The notes: generated by a model not told the origin, from the sequence alone. A stretch of 64,000 nucleotides of DNA from an uncultured Chloroflexia bacterium (GCA_963813535.1 CAWEZH010000002.1:1600001-1664000); one strand, 5' to 3'. Shown: positions 38,374-48,326, numbered from the stretch's first letter. Program-made: numbers and translations.

Positions 38374-39399
38374 ATGCGCATCCTGATCACGGGGGGCGCC
38401 GGATACATCGGCTCCCTCACGGCACGCCACCTCGCCGAGGCCGGCCACGTCCCGATCGTCCTGGACGACCTGCGGAACGGACATCGAGCTGCCATCGGCT
38501 CGCTGCCTCTCGTCCTCGGCGATGTCCGTGACACGGATCTCGTGGCCGCCACGATCGAGCAGAACGCGATCGACGCCGTCATCCATTTCGCAGCCCTGAA
38601 GTCGGTCGAGGATTCGGTCACCGATCCGGGCGCCTACTTCGACGACAACGTCGGCGGGACGCTCGGAGTCCTGCGCGCGATGGCGCGCACCGGCGTCAGC
38701 CGCATCGTCTTCTCGTCGTCGTGCGCGGTATACGGCATGCCGGAGTCCCTGCCCGTGACCGAGGGATCGCCGATCCGACCGATGAATCCGTACGGCGAGA
38801 CCAAGGCGGTCTCCGAGCGCCTGCTGCCGTGGTTCGAGTCCGCGCACGGCATCCGGTCGGCTGCGCTGCGCTACTTCAACGCCGCGGGTGCCGCGGAGGA
38901 CGGGTCGGCGGGCGAGGACTGGACGGGCGCCCAGAACCTCATCCCGGTGGTGTTGCGCACGGCCGCCGGGCAGCAGCCGGTCGTCCGCGTGTTCGGAACG
39001 GACCACCCGACGCCCGATGGGACCGCAGTCCGCGACTACATCCACGTGCTCGACCTTGCCGAGGCCCACCGCCGTGCGCTCGAGGCCATCGACCTCCGCG
39101 ACGGGTCGCTGACCGTCAACGTCGGGACCGGGGTCGGGGCGTCCGTCCGGGAGGTCCTCGATGCCGCCCGGCGCATCACGGGCCGCACGATCCACGCCGA
39201 GGAGGCGCCCCGGCGAGCGGGCGACCCGCCGGCGGTCTGGGCCGATACCCGCCTGGCCGAGGAGTTGCTCGGCTGGCATGCGACGCGCTCGCTCGACGAC
39301 ATCGTGGGCTCGGCGTGGCGCTGGCACACGAGCCATCCGAACGGCTATGAGTCCGAGGACTCGACCGGTCGAGCGTCGCGGGTCAAGGCCGCCGGATGA
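38374..39399 (+). CDS. galE: UDP-glucose 4-epimerase
   Basis: TGGAGYIGS, HFAALKSV, FSSSCAVYG, NPYGETK, LRYFNAAGA, DGTAVRDYIHV. Confidence 0.92.
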   Translation: MRILITGGAGYIGSLTARHLAEAGHVPIVLDDLRNGHRAAIGSLPLVLGDVRDTDLVAATIEQNAIDAVIHFAALKSVEDSVTDPGAYFDDNVGGTLGVLRAMARTGVSRIVFSSSCAVYGMPESLPVTEGSPIRPMNPYGETKAVSERLLPWFESAHGIRSAALRYFNAAGAAEDGSAGEDWTGAQNLIPVVLRTAAGQQPVVRVFGTDHPTPDGTAVRDYIHVLDLAEAHRRALEAIDLRDGSLTVNVGTGVGASVREVLDAARRITGRTIHAEEAPRRAGDPPAVWADTRLAEELLGWHATRSLDDIVGSAWRWHTSHPNGYESEDSTGRASRVKAAG

Positions 39400-40703
39400 T
39401 GCCGAACGACGGCCTGACGGTCGCCTACGTGATGTCGCGCTTCCCGAAGCTCACCGAGACGTTCATCCTGGCCGAACTCGAGGCGATGGATCGTGCCGGC
39501 GTGGCGATCGAGCTGTATCCCCTGCTCCGCCAGACGGGCGAACCGGTCCAACCGGCCGCGGTGCCGTGGGTCGAGCGCGCGCACTATCTGCCGTTCGTCT
39601 CGCCCGCCATCCTGCGTGCGCAGTGGTCGTACCTCGGCGATCCCCGCCGACGGCGGCGCTACATCCGTGCGTTCGTGGACATGATCCGCGGGACCTGGCG
39701 CAGCCCGAACTTCCTCGTCGGCGGACTCGGCATCTTCCCGAAGGTCGCACGGGCTGCCCTCGAGATGCGCGAGACGGGCGTCGATCACGTCCACTGCCAC
39801 TTCGCGAACCACCCCGCGCTGGCGGGCTGGCTGATCCATCGACTGGTCGGCATCCCCTATAGCTTCACGGCCCACGGTTCGGACCTCCACGTCGACCGGA
39901 CCATGTTGCCGACGAAGGTCCGCGAGGCGGCGTTCGTCGTGACCATCTCCGGCGACAACCGAACGCTCATCGAGTCGACGGCGGGATCCAGCGCCGAGGG
40001 CAAGGTCGAGGTCATCCACTGTGGCGTCGATCCTGCCGCGTTCGCGCCGAGCGACCGGACAGGCGACGGCGCGCTCCGGATCGTGGCGGTCGGCACGCTC
40101 CACGAGGTCAAGGGTCAGATCCATCTGATCGAGGCCTGCCGCCTCCTCGCCGAGCGAGGCGTCGCGTTCACGTGCCGGTTCATCGGTGATGGGCCTGACC
40201 GGGACGCGCTCCAGGCACGAATCGACGAATACGGTCTCGCGGATCGCGTCACCCTGGTCGGGCGGATGACGAGCGACGCAGTGGCGACCGAGCTGGCCGC
40301 ATCGGACGTGCTCGCCGCGCCCAGCGTGCCGACCCACGGCGGCAAGCGAGAGGGCATCCCGGTCGTCCTCATGGAGGCGATGGCGAGTGGCCTGCCGGTC
40401 GTGGCGAGTCGGCTGTCGGGCATCCCGGAGCTCGTGACCGATGGTGTCAGCGGTCTGCTCGTGCCGCCCGGCGACGACGATGCGCTCGCGCACGCCCTTG
40501 CCACGCTGGCGATGGATGCACCGCTCCGCGGACGACTCGGCGCGGCCGGGCGCGAGACGGTGATGCGCGAGTTCGATGTCGACCGCAATGCGGCGATCCT
40601 CGCCGACCGGATACGCCGATCGCTCGGGGGTCACGAGGCGCCAGCTGCTGCGCCATCCAGCGCGTCCGAGTCGGACATCGTCGCAGCGGATCCGGCGGCA
40701 TGA
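39396..40703 (+). CDS. GT4 glycosyltransferase (WcaL-like)
   Basis: FPKLTETFI, HCHFA, FTAHGSD, EGIPVVLMEAMASG. Confidence 0.9.
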   Translation: MMPNDGLTVAYVMSRFPKLTETFILAELEAMDRAGVAIELYPLLRQTGEPVQPAAVPWVERAHYLPFVSPAILRAQWSYLGDPRRRRRYIRAFVDMIRGTWRSPNFLVGGLGIFPKVARAALEMRETGVDHVHCHFANHPALAGWLIHRLVGIPYSFTAHGSDLHVDRTMLPTKVREAAFVVTISGDNRTLIESTAGSSAEGKVEVIHCGVDPAAFAPSDRTGDGALRIVAVGTLHEVKGQIHLIEACRLLAERGVAFTCRFIGDGPDRDALQARIDEYGLADRVTLVGRMTSDAVATELAASDVLAAPSVPTHGGKREGIPVVLMEAMASGLPVVASRLSGIPELVTDGVSGLLVPPGDDDALAHALATLAMDAPLRGRLGAAGRETVMREFDVDRNAAILADRIRRSLGGHEAPAAAPSSASESDIVAADPAA

Positions 40704-41911
40704 GCGCGCTCCTCTTCTGGCTCGCCACCGGCCTGATCGGCTACACGTATGTGGGGTTCCCACTGCTCGTCATGCTCCGGGCCAGGCTTCGGCCGCGACC
40801 ACACACGACCGCCGACGTGACGCCGTCGGCCAGCGTCGTCATCGCCGCTCACGAGGAGGAAGCGTCGATCGGCGCCCGTGTCGACAACCTTCTCGCGGTC
40901 GATTACCCGCCCGAGCGCCTCGAGATCGTGATCGCCTCCGACGGCTCGACCGACCGGACCGTCGCCGAGGCTCGCCGCGACGATCCGCGCGTCCGCGTCC
41001 TTGACCTGCCACGGACCGGCAAGGCGAGCGCGCTCAACGCCGCCGTCGCCGCCTCGACCGGCGAGGTCCTGGTCTTCTCGGACGCCAACACGGCGTACGC
41101 CCCGGACGCGATCCGCCAGCTGGTTCGCTCCTTCGCGGACCCGGAGGTCGGGGGGGTCGCCGGCAACCAGGTGTACCTGAAGGCGTTGCCGGGCATGCCG
41201 CTCGACGCGAGTGATGCGACCGCCATCGGAGCCGGCGAGCGAAGCTACTGGGATTTCGATCGGGTGCTGAAGGATGCCGAGAGCCTCGGCGGCAGCGTGA
41301 TCTCGGCCACCGGCGCCATCTACGCGATCCGCCGGGAGCTGTTCCGCGAGGTCCCGGATGGCGTGACCGACGACTTCATGACCTCGACACGGGTGATCGC
41401 CGCAGGTCGCCGGCTCGTCTTCGAACCGAATGCCGTGGCACTGGAACCTGTCGCCGGCTCGAGTCGCAGTGAGTACAAGCGGAAAGTCCGGATCATGACC
41501 CGCGGGTTGCGCGGGGTGGCCATGGCACGCGGTCTGCTGGATCCCCGGCGCTACGGCTTCTACGCCGTCCAGCTGTTCACCCATAAGGTCCTGCGCCGAC
41601 TGATGGCCATCCCGCTGCTCGTGATCGCCGCAACGAGCCTCACGCTGTGGGAGAACGGACCGATCTATCGTCTGGCCGTGCTCGGTCAGGTCCTTGTCTA
41701 CGGGCTCGGCGCGATCGGTCTCGGGCTGCGCGACCATCGAGCCGGCCGCCGCCCGTGGTTCTCGCTACCGGCGTTCTTCGTGCTCGTCAACATCGCGTCG
41801 TTGCACGCGGCGTGGAACCTCGTGTCCGGCCGCCGCATCGACCGCTGGCAGCCGGCTCGCCGCCCGGACCCCGTGGCCGACACCGTGCAAGCACCGGAGG
41901 CCGGCGGATGA
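40700..41911 (+). CDS. GT2 glycosyltransferase with TM segments
   Basis: IAAHEE, SDGSTD, GKASALN, FSDAN, GAIYAIRR, TDDF, RKVRI. Confidence 0.9.
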   Translation: MSALLFWLATGLIGYTYVGFPLLVMLRARLRPRPHTTADVTPSASVVIAAHEEEASIGARVDNLLAVDYPPERLEIVIASDGSTDRTVAEARRDDPRVRVLDLPRTGKASALNAAVAASTGEVLVFSDANTAYAPDAIRQLVRSFADPEVGGVAGNQVYLKALPGMPLDASDATAIGAGERSYWDFDRVLKDAESLGGSVISATGAIYAIRRELFREVPDGVTDDFMTSTRVIAAGRRLVFEPNAVALEPVAGSSRSEYKRKVRIMTRGLRGVAMARGLLDPRRYGFYAVQLFTHKVLRRLMAIPLLVIAATSLTLWENGPIYRLAVLGQVLVYGLGAIGLGLRDHRAGRRPWFSLPAFFVLVNIASLHAAWNLVSGRRIDRWQPARRPDPVADTVQAPEAGG

Positions 41912-43470
41912 CCGCGCGCGGAGCGACGGTCGATCGTCCCGTCGACGACTCCAGGTCCTCGTCGGAGAAGGCGGCGATCGCCGCAGCCACGCTCATCGTC
42001 ATGGGTGCGCTGGCGGCTGGCGTGCTCGCGGCCGACACGCCGCTGCTGGCCGTCGCTGGCGCGAGCGCGCTCTTCCTCGCTGTCGCGATCGTCTTGCGAC
42101 CGGATGTCGCGACGCTGACGACCATCGCCATCATCTACAGCAACGCGGCCGTGGTCCTCGTGCGGTTCCATGGTGCCCCGGTCATCGTCGCGGCCGTCGT
42201 GCCACTCCTGCTGGTCGTCCCGCTGGCGCGCGACCTCATCGTCCGGCGGTTGCCGGTCATCGCGCCACCGGCGATGGGTTGGATGGTCGTCTTGCTCGGC
42301 ATCTACCTCGTGTCGGCCCTGTTCTCCCTCGATACGAAGCGGTCGTGGGATGCCGTGGTCGTCTTCGTCACCGAAGGGTTCGCGCTCTACTTCCTGCTCA
42401 TCAACGTCATCCGCACGCCCGAGACCCTTCGACAGGTCACATGGGTGCTGCTGTCCGCCGGAGCGGTCGTCGCCAGCCTGTCCGTCCACCAGGTGCTGAC
42501 GGGCAACTATGACTCGAACTACCTCGGGTTCGCCCAGGCCGATACGTCGATCCGCACCGGCGTCACCACGCTGACAGGCGACGTGCTCCAGCCGCGCATG
42601 GCGGGCTCCATCGGGGAAACGAACCGGTTCGCCCAGACGATGCTGATGCTCGTGCCCCTGGGCATCTTCCGCGTCTTCGCGGAGCGGTCGTTGACACTGC
42701 GCGTGGTCGCCGGCGTCATGACCCTCGCGCTCACGCTCGGCGTGGTGCTGTCATTCTCACGCGGCGGCGCGGTCGGCCTGCTCGCACTGGTCATCGTCCT
42801 GCTGGTGATGCGGCTGATCAAGATCCGCCACGTGCTGCTGCTGGTGGTGGTGCTCGTGGCGATCCTGGCGGTGTTCCCGCAGTACGCCAACCGCCTCACG
42901 TCGCTCGTCGCGGTCAGCGGCCTCGACAGCGGCGCTGAAACCGTCGTCGACAACTCATTGCTGAGTCGCGCGACCGAGACGCTGGCCGCGGCGCTGGTGA
43001 TCGTCGACCATCCAGTGGTGGGTGTGGGGCCCTCGATGTTCTCGTACTACTACGAGCAGTACGCGAACGTGGTGGGCATCCTGGTCCGCAATGACGTCGA
43101 ACGCGAGGCGCACAACCTCTACCTCGGCATCGGCGCCGAGCTCGGTATCCCGGGGTTGATCGCCTTCCTCATGGTCGCACTCCTGACCGTGCGCTCGCTG
43201 CTGGCCGCCCGGCGCGCCAGCCTCGTTCGACGGCCCGATCTCGAGCGGCTCACGACACCGTTCCTGCTGGCGCTCATGACCTACTACGTGACAGGGATGT
43301 TCCTGCACCTCTCATTCGGGCGGTTCTACTGGATCATGCTGGCCGTCGCCACCGCGGCAGCGATCATCACGTTGCGCGAGACGGCCACGTCGACCGCCGC
43401 CGAGCCGGCCGTCGGCGCCGGGTCTCGGGCCCCGTCCACGGCTCAGAGACCCATCAACCAGTCGGTGTAG
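41908..43470 (+). CDS. O-antigen ligase/Wzy polymerase family protein
   Basis: Many TMs; RMAG..GETNRF, SFSRGG, HPVVGVG, AHNLYL..AELGIPG. Confidence 0.85.
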   Translation: MTARGATVDRPVDDSRSSSEKAAIAAATLIVMGALAAGVLAADTPLLAVAGASALFLAVAIVLRPDVATLTTIAIIYSNAAVVLVRFHGAPVIVAAVVPLLLVVPLARDLIVRRLPVIAPPAMGWMVVLLGIYLVSALFSLDTKRSWDAVVVFVTEGFALYFLLINVIRTPETLRQVTWVLLSAGAVVASLSVHQVLTGNYDSNYLGFAQADTSIRTGVTTLTGDVLQPRMAGSIGETNRFAQTMLMLVPLGIFRVFAERSLTLRVVAGVMTLALTLGVVLSFSRGGAVGLLALVIVLLVMRLIKIRHVLLLVVVLVAILAVFPQYANRLTSLVAVSGLDSGAETVVDNSLLSRATETLAAALVIVDHPVVGVGPSMFSYYYEQYANVVGILVRNDVEREAHNLYLGIGAELGIPGLIAFLMVALLTVRSLLAARRASLVRRPDLERLTTPFLLALMTYYVTGMFLHLSFGRFYWIMLAVATAAAIITLRETATSTAAEPAVGAGSRAPSTAQRPINQSV

Positions 43471-45068
43471 CCGAAGTTCTTGCCGGTCCGGGCCGGCGCC
43501 GCGGCGCGGTACGCCGTCCCGTAGCGGCGGTCGATGACCCAGGGCTGCCACTGGTCGTCGCCATCGGCGATCCAGCGCACGCGCCCGTACAGGAACTTCG
43601 TGGCCCGTAGCAGTGCGCGGTCCGACCAGTTCCAGGCGTCGTAGCCGGCGGCGCGGAGCAGCTCGGCCTGGAGCAGTGCACCCTGGAGGCCCTCCCAGGC
43701 GTAGCCGGTGAACGTGGGCGGCCAGGCGAATGCACCGCCGCGCCGCATCTCCTCGGGCAGCGCACCGCCGATCTCGACGCCGTTCCTCGTGCACCCGGTC
43801 GGGTTGATGCCCACGGGCTTCGACGGATCACACTGCCATGCCAGGTCGCCGTACTTGAAGCCGGCGTACGCGGTTCGATCGCCGAGATACCCGCGGAACA
43901 CCTGTGCCGTGCGAGCGAGCTGGGTCGTATCGCCGAGATATGCAGCGATCGCCGCTCGCGCGGCGCCCGCGTGGGTACCCCAGTTGTTCGGTCGCTCCTC
44001 GTGGGTGCTGATCAGCGAGCGGCCGTCGAGTGCCTTGGTCAGCAGAGCGCGGAGCCACGGCCGGAAGGCGCCGTTGTCGAAGGTGGGATCCGCCGTCTTC
44101 AAGGAGATCAGGTCGGCCGCGATGACGTACGCGGGGAGGTTGCGGCCGAGGGCGAGCGTGCGTCCGCCGGCCTCCGTGCCCAGCGCGCTGCGGAGCGCCG
44201 AGACGACGCTCGCTCGATAGCTCGCGGTCCCCGTGCGCGCATACACCAGGGCCTTGGCGAGCACCTGCTGATCGGTGTTGTCGTCCTGGTTCGAGATATT
44301 CGGGACGCCCATCGATGCGTCAGCGCGCGCCTTGAGCGAGGTCCACGCAGCGCCGGACGTCGGCAAGCGGGCGATCTCCGCGGCCGAGATGAGGATGCCG
44401 CTGCCCGGAGCGACGGGGACCGGCGGCGTCGCGGGCGTCGCGGGCGGTGTCGATGTGGGCTTGGGCGCCAGTGTCGCCGTCGGTGTCGGGGTGGCGGCTG
44501 CCGTCGGAGCGGCGGTGGCGGTCGCCGTCGGCGTCGGGGCCGCCGTCGGGTCAGCTGCCGGAGGAGTGGTCGGCGTGGGTTTGGCGGTGGGCTCGGCGTT
44601 CGGTGCCGCCGTCGGCTCCGGCGTGGGATCCGGGGCAGCCGGCGCCGCGACGACCTCGATCTCGAGCTCGGCGCGCTCGTCGCCGTCGTCGTCGACCGCC
44701 GTGATGTCGTGGTCGCCGACGTCGAACGACGCAGGCAGCGTGAATCGCACGGTGAACCTACCGCGACTATCGGTCCGGAACGTGGCGATCTCGTCGTCAT
44801 CGTCGGTGAGCAATGCGCCATCCATGCGCCGATCGAAGCCGACGCCCTTCACGGTGACGTCCTGCCCCGGGGCGGGCTCCTCCGGCGTCACCCGCAGCGT
44901 CGGGCTCGCAGCGGAGGTGATCAGCATCGGCACGATGAGCGCCGGCCCGAGGAGGAGGATCGGTAGCGTCGCCAGCCGGTCGCGCAGCATCGAGTGCCGG
45001 GGCGGTCGCGCGGAGGGCGTCGGATCCGAGACCCGGTCCCTGCGATCGGCGATGGCGATATTCCGCAC
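43443..45068 (-). CDS. Exported alginate-lyase-like protein 1 (Ig-like domain + Pro/Thr/Ala linker + catalytic-like domain)
   Basis: ALVYARTG, LALGRNL.AYVIAADL, NNWG, YLGD, terminal FGYTDW; helical toroid lyase-like pattern. Confidence 0.65.
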   Translation of the reverse strand: MRNIAIADRRDRVSDPTPSARPPRHSMLRDRLATLPILLLGPALIVPMLITSAASPTLRVTPEEPAPGQDVTVKGVGFDRRMDGALLTDDDDEIATFRTDSRGRFTVRFTLPASFDVGDHDITAVDDDGDERAELEIEVVAAPAAPDPTPEPTAAPNAEPTAKPTPTTPPAADPTAAPTPTATATAAPTAAATPTPTATLAPKPTSTPPATPATPPVPVAPGSGILISAAEIARLPTSGAAWTSLKARADASMGVPNISNQDDNTDQQVLAKALVYARTGTASYRASVVSALRSALGTEAGGRTLALGRNLPAYVIAADLISLKTADPTFDNGAFRPWLRALLTKALDGRSLISTHEERPNNWGTHAGAARAAIAAYLGDTTQLARTAQVFRGYLGDRTAYAGFKYGDLAWQCDPSKPVGINPTGCTRNGVEIGGALPEEMRRGGAFAWPPTFTGYAWEGLQGALLQAELLRAAGYDAWNWSDRALLRATKFLYGRVRWIADGDDQWQPWVIDRRYGTAYRAAAPARTGKNFGYTDWLMGL

Positions 45069-45073
45069 GGTGT

Positions 45074-45102
45074 CCTCCCTGCGTGCCTGGGCATCAGGAA
45101 GG
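45074..45102 (-). promoter_or_regulatory. Shine-Dalgarno-sequestering hairpin (probable riboswitch expression platform)
   Basis: On the minus strand CCTTCCTG...CAGGGAGG can pair, with inner TGCC/GGCA, hiding the GGAGG that lies 5 nt before the GTG at 45068. Confidence 0.55.
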
Positions 45103-45154
45103 TGCGAGCGGACGACGTCAGCGGGACGGTGAGCGTCCCAGGGGCGCGGTATGA

Positions 45155-45232
45155 CGTCGGCAACCCGGCTACCTGGGTCCCAGGCCCGTGGCTTTGCGGC
45201 CCCGCCTCACGACGGGTGTGCCTGTTCGGTTG
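45155..45232 (-). ncRNA. c-di-GMP-I (GEMM) riboswitch
   Basis: Minus strand reads ACCGAACAGGCACACCCGTC-GTGA-GGCGGGGCCGCAAAGCCACGGGCCTGGGACCCAGGTAGCCGGGTTGCCGACG. It has the GNRA-capped stem, GCAAAG junction, second stem and 3' TGCCGA, in the 5' leader of the 45068 gene. Confidence 0.85.
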
Positions 45233-45465
45233 TGCGGTCCGAGATGTCTATGGACGGTCGTGCCGGTCGGGATCGGGACCGTCGAACCCGTGTGTCGGTG
45301 GTCGCGCCACCATGTCCCCGGGGGTCCGCGACGGCAATCCGTCGATGGTCCCGGCGCCCCGGCGATGGGTCGCGTCGTGGGGCGAGGCGTGGTGCCAGGA
45401 GGCCACGCTGCGTCGACCCGCGACCGGACCGGACTCGACCGGACCTCACGGCCCGAAGGTACCGA

Positions 45466-46842
45466 CTAGCTGCCGTACAGCCAGTCCGTATAGCCGAAGA
45501 CCCTGCCGAACCCGGCGGGCTCAGTCGGCAGATCCAGGCCGTAGCGAGCGTTGAGCAGCCACGGCACGTGGTAGCTGACCTCTGACCGGTTCCAGGTCAG
45601 GCCCCCGGCCTCGCCCGAGCGGGAGACGATGCCGGCCGCGCGCTTCAGCGCCTCGTCGGACCACGTCCAGGCATCGCCGAACCCGTTGACGGTCAGGAGC
45701 TCTGCCTGGAGCGACAGTCCCTGGAGGGACTCGAGCGTGTAGCCGATCCCATCGCGACCCGGGGGCCACTTGCGGTTCCCCCCGCGATCGATGTCGCGGA
45801 CGATCGCCCCGTCGAGGTCGATGCCGTCGCGCGTGCACGGTGGGTTCACCGGCGTGTAGTCGTCGGGGTCACACGCCCAACTCTTCGCGCCCTCGACCCC
45901 CTGGAAACGTGACCATGACCCGCGATCGCCCAGGAACCCGCGCAGCACCTGGGCAGCGCGGGCCACGTCGGCGGTATCGCCGAGGTACAGGCTCGCGGCG
46001 ATCCGTGACGCTCCAGTGAATGAACCCCAATTGTTCGGTGCATCCTCGTGGGTCCCGGTCAGCGTCCGCCACCGGCCGTGGCCCCCGAGCTCGCGGGTGC
46101 GGATGTCATCGAGCCAGGACCGGAAGCGGTCGTCATCGGGACCGGACAACCCGATGAAGTCCGCCGCGAGGACGTACGCCCCGAGTTGGCGGCCGAGCGA
46201 CAGGATCGAGTTGTTGGCGCCGACCTGTTCGGTGCCGATCGCCGCCATGATCTGGGACCGCGCACGATCGCCGTAGGCAGGATCGCCCGTCCGAGCGAAG
46301 ACCAGCGCCGTCGCCAGGGTCATCACGCCATGGCGATCGTCCTGGTCGCTGAGGTCGGGCTCCCCGGGGGGATCGTTTGCCAGGGCGACGAGATTCTCCC
46401 AGGCCGGTCCGCTCGTCGGCAGGGCCATGAAGTCCGCCTTGTCCATGAGCAGGAACTCGTCAGATGGACGTGGCGAGGGCGGCACCGGCGTGGGCGAAGT
46501 GGGCACGGTCGGCGTGGGCTCGTCGGTCGCGCCGCCCGTCGCTGACGGCGTGTCGACGACGGCGATCGATGGCGTCGGCGAGAGGCTGGGGGACGGCCCG
46601 GAGATCAGCGGCTGCCAGATCGCGATGAGGATCGCGCCGATCACCGCGACGCCGAGCAGGACCCACAGTGGCTTTCCGCGACGGCCGGGCGGCGGTGCCG
46701 GCGGCCCGGCATTGCCCGGTGGCGGTCCTTCGGGCGGGACAGCGGGTGGCGTCGACGGGGACGTCGTCGGATCGGCCGGCGGGGTCGGCCCGTCGGCTGT
46801 GGGCGGCGTCGGCATCCTGACCGTCGGACTCTCGTCAGCCAT
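45466..46842 (-). CDS. Membrane-anchored alginate-lyase-like protein 2
   Basis: Pro-rich N-terminus, TM helix, PT linker; ALVFARTG, LGRQL.AYVLAADF, NNWG, LYLGD, FGYTDW. Confidence 0.65.
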   Translation of the reverse strand: MADESPTVRMPTPPTADGPTPPADPTTSPSTPPAVPPEGPPPGNAGPPAPPPGRRGKPLWVLLGVAVIGAILIAIWQPLISGPSPSLSPTPSIAVVDTPSATGGATDEPTPTVPTSPTPVPPSPRPSDEFLLMDKADFMALPTSGPAWENLVALANDPPGEPDLSDQDDRHGVMTLATALVFARTGDPAYGDRARSQIMAAIGTEQVGANNSILSLGRQLGAYVLAADFIGLSGPDDDRFRSWLDDIRTRELGGHGRWRTLTGTHEDAPNNWGSFTGASRIAASLYLGDTADVARAAQVLRGFLGDRGSWSRFQGVEGAKSWACDPDDYTPVNPPCTRDGIDLDGAIVRDIDRGGNRKWPPGRDGIGYTLESLQGLSLQAELLTVNGFGDAWTWSDEALKRAAGIVSRSGEAGGLTWNRSEVSYHVPWLLNARYGLDLPTEPAGFGRVFGYTDWLYGS

Positions 46843-47138
46843 CTCGGCGCAAAGTCTACGAGGACGGCCTGCAAACGCCGGTGACCGCGCCGGCGGCAGC
46901 GACGGCGGTGGTGCGTCGACGCACCGTGGTGCAGGAGCCTGACCGAGTCGGGGGTGACACGCTCGGCCATCGGATGGCAGACTTTCGATGGATCGGCCCC
47001 GGGGATCGCCGGGGCCCGAGAGGTCCGTGCTCACCGCGGACCACCAGACCCAGCCCCGTCACCCGGCCGCACCGTCCGCGGTCGGCTTGCCGTTCGTTCG
47101 TCGCTCGATCCGGCGATGTCCAGGTAGGAAGGAGCGTC

Positions 47139-48257
47139 ATGCGCTCGGTCGGTACCGGCGTCCAGTGGACGTCTCGCGTCTCCCCCAAGGTCACGGCCGT
47201 CTTCGTGGCCATCGCCCTCCTCATCCCCGCCGCCGCCGCCCCCGCCCCCGCCGAAGCAGCGACCGACTACATCCTGATGTCGCGCTCGGCCCTCATGGCC
47301 CGCCCCACAAGAGGGACGCCATGGCGGAACCTCAAGGCCGTCGCCGACGGGAGTCTCGGTAGCCCGAACCTGTGCGACCAGAACTCCCGGCACCACCTCC
47401 GGACACTCGCCGCGGCGCTCGTATTCGCGCGGACGGGTACGGCCTCGTACGGCACCAAGGCCCGGAACGGCGTCATGGCCGCGATCGGGACACAACGCGT
47501 CGGCTGCGACAACGCGACCCTCGCGCTCGGCCGGCAGCTGCCCGCGTACGTCCTCGCAGCCGACTTCGCGCAGCTCGCCGGGACCCCGAGGTCCACGTTC
47601 CGATCCTGGCTCTCCACGATCCGGCGCAAGCTCATCGGTGGTCACGGGATCTGGAACTCGCTGTATCGGACCCATCTGCGCTCGGCGACCAACTGGGGTG
47701 CCTACGCCGGTGCGGCACGCATCGCTGCGAGTCTGTATCTCGGTGATCGCGTCGATGTCGCGGCCGCGAGCCGCGTGACCCGCGGCTTCCTCGGCGACCG
47801 TAGCGCCTATCGGTTCTGGGACAGGCTGAGCACGGCGTCGAAGTCCTGGGCGTGCTCGCCGACGAACTACACGCCGGTCAACGGCTGGTGCCGGCGTGGC
47901 GGCGTCCTTGTCGATGGTGCTGTCGTCGCTGACATCGGCCGCGGCGGCTATCGTCGCTGGCCGCCGGGCGACACGGGCATCCAGTACCAGCTCGAGTCGA
48001 TCCAGGGCATGGGCCTACAGGTCGAGCTGCTCTACCAGAACGGCTATCGATCGGCATGGTCATGGTCAGCTCGCGCGCTCAAGCGGATGGCGATGGTCGT
48101 CAACCGCTCGAAGGCGTCGGGTGGGACCGGCTGGAACGAGACCCAGGCATCCCGCCAGATGCCATGGCTCCTGAACCGCCGGCTCGGGATGTCGATCCCG
48201 CGGTCCTACTCGGGTATGGGCCGCGCGCTCGGTTTCACCGACTGGCTCTGGGGCTAG
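47139..48257 (+). CDS. Secreted alginate-lyase-like protein 3 (Arg/Lys-rich)
   Basis: Signal peptide ending AEA; ALVFARTG, LGRQL.AYVLAADF, TNWG, LYLGD, LGFTDW; AAGGAG RBS. Confidence 0.65.
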   Translation: MRSVGTGVQWTSRVSPKVTAVFVAIALLIPAAAAPAPAEAATDYILMSRSALMARPTRGTPWRNLKAVADGSLGSPNLCDQNSRHHLRTLAAALVFARTGTASYGTKARNGVMAAIGTQRVGCDNATLALGRQLPAYVLAADFAQLAGTPRSTFRSWLSTIRRKLIGGHGIWNSLYRTHLRSATNWGAYAGAARIAASLYLGDRVDVAAASRVTRGFLGDRSAYRFWDRLSTASKSWACSPTNYTPVNGWCRRGGVLVDGAVVADIGRGGYRRWPPGDTGIQYQLESIQGMGLQVELLYQNGYRSAWSWSARALKRMAMVVNRSKASGGTGWNETQASRQMPWLLNRRLGMSIPRSYSGMGRALGFTDWLWG

Positions 48258-48326
48258 GCGACCGCCACCGGTCGCACCCCTCGACCCCGCAACCATCCAG
48301 CGTCCGCGTGATGACCGCCTGACCCC

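Noticed and set aside
44410-44650. Repetitive DNA as a tandem repeat or CRISPR-like array
   Set aside because: It is imperfect coding sequence for the Pro/Thr/Ala linker of lyase-like protein 1, with no fixed repeat-spacer period.
46845-46900. Second c-di-GMP riboswitch (GCAAAG and GCAAAC words present)
   Set aside because: The words are in the wrong order and spacing, and there is no GNRA stem or 3' TRCCG element.
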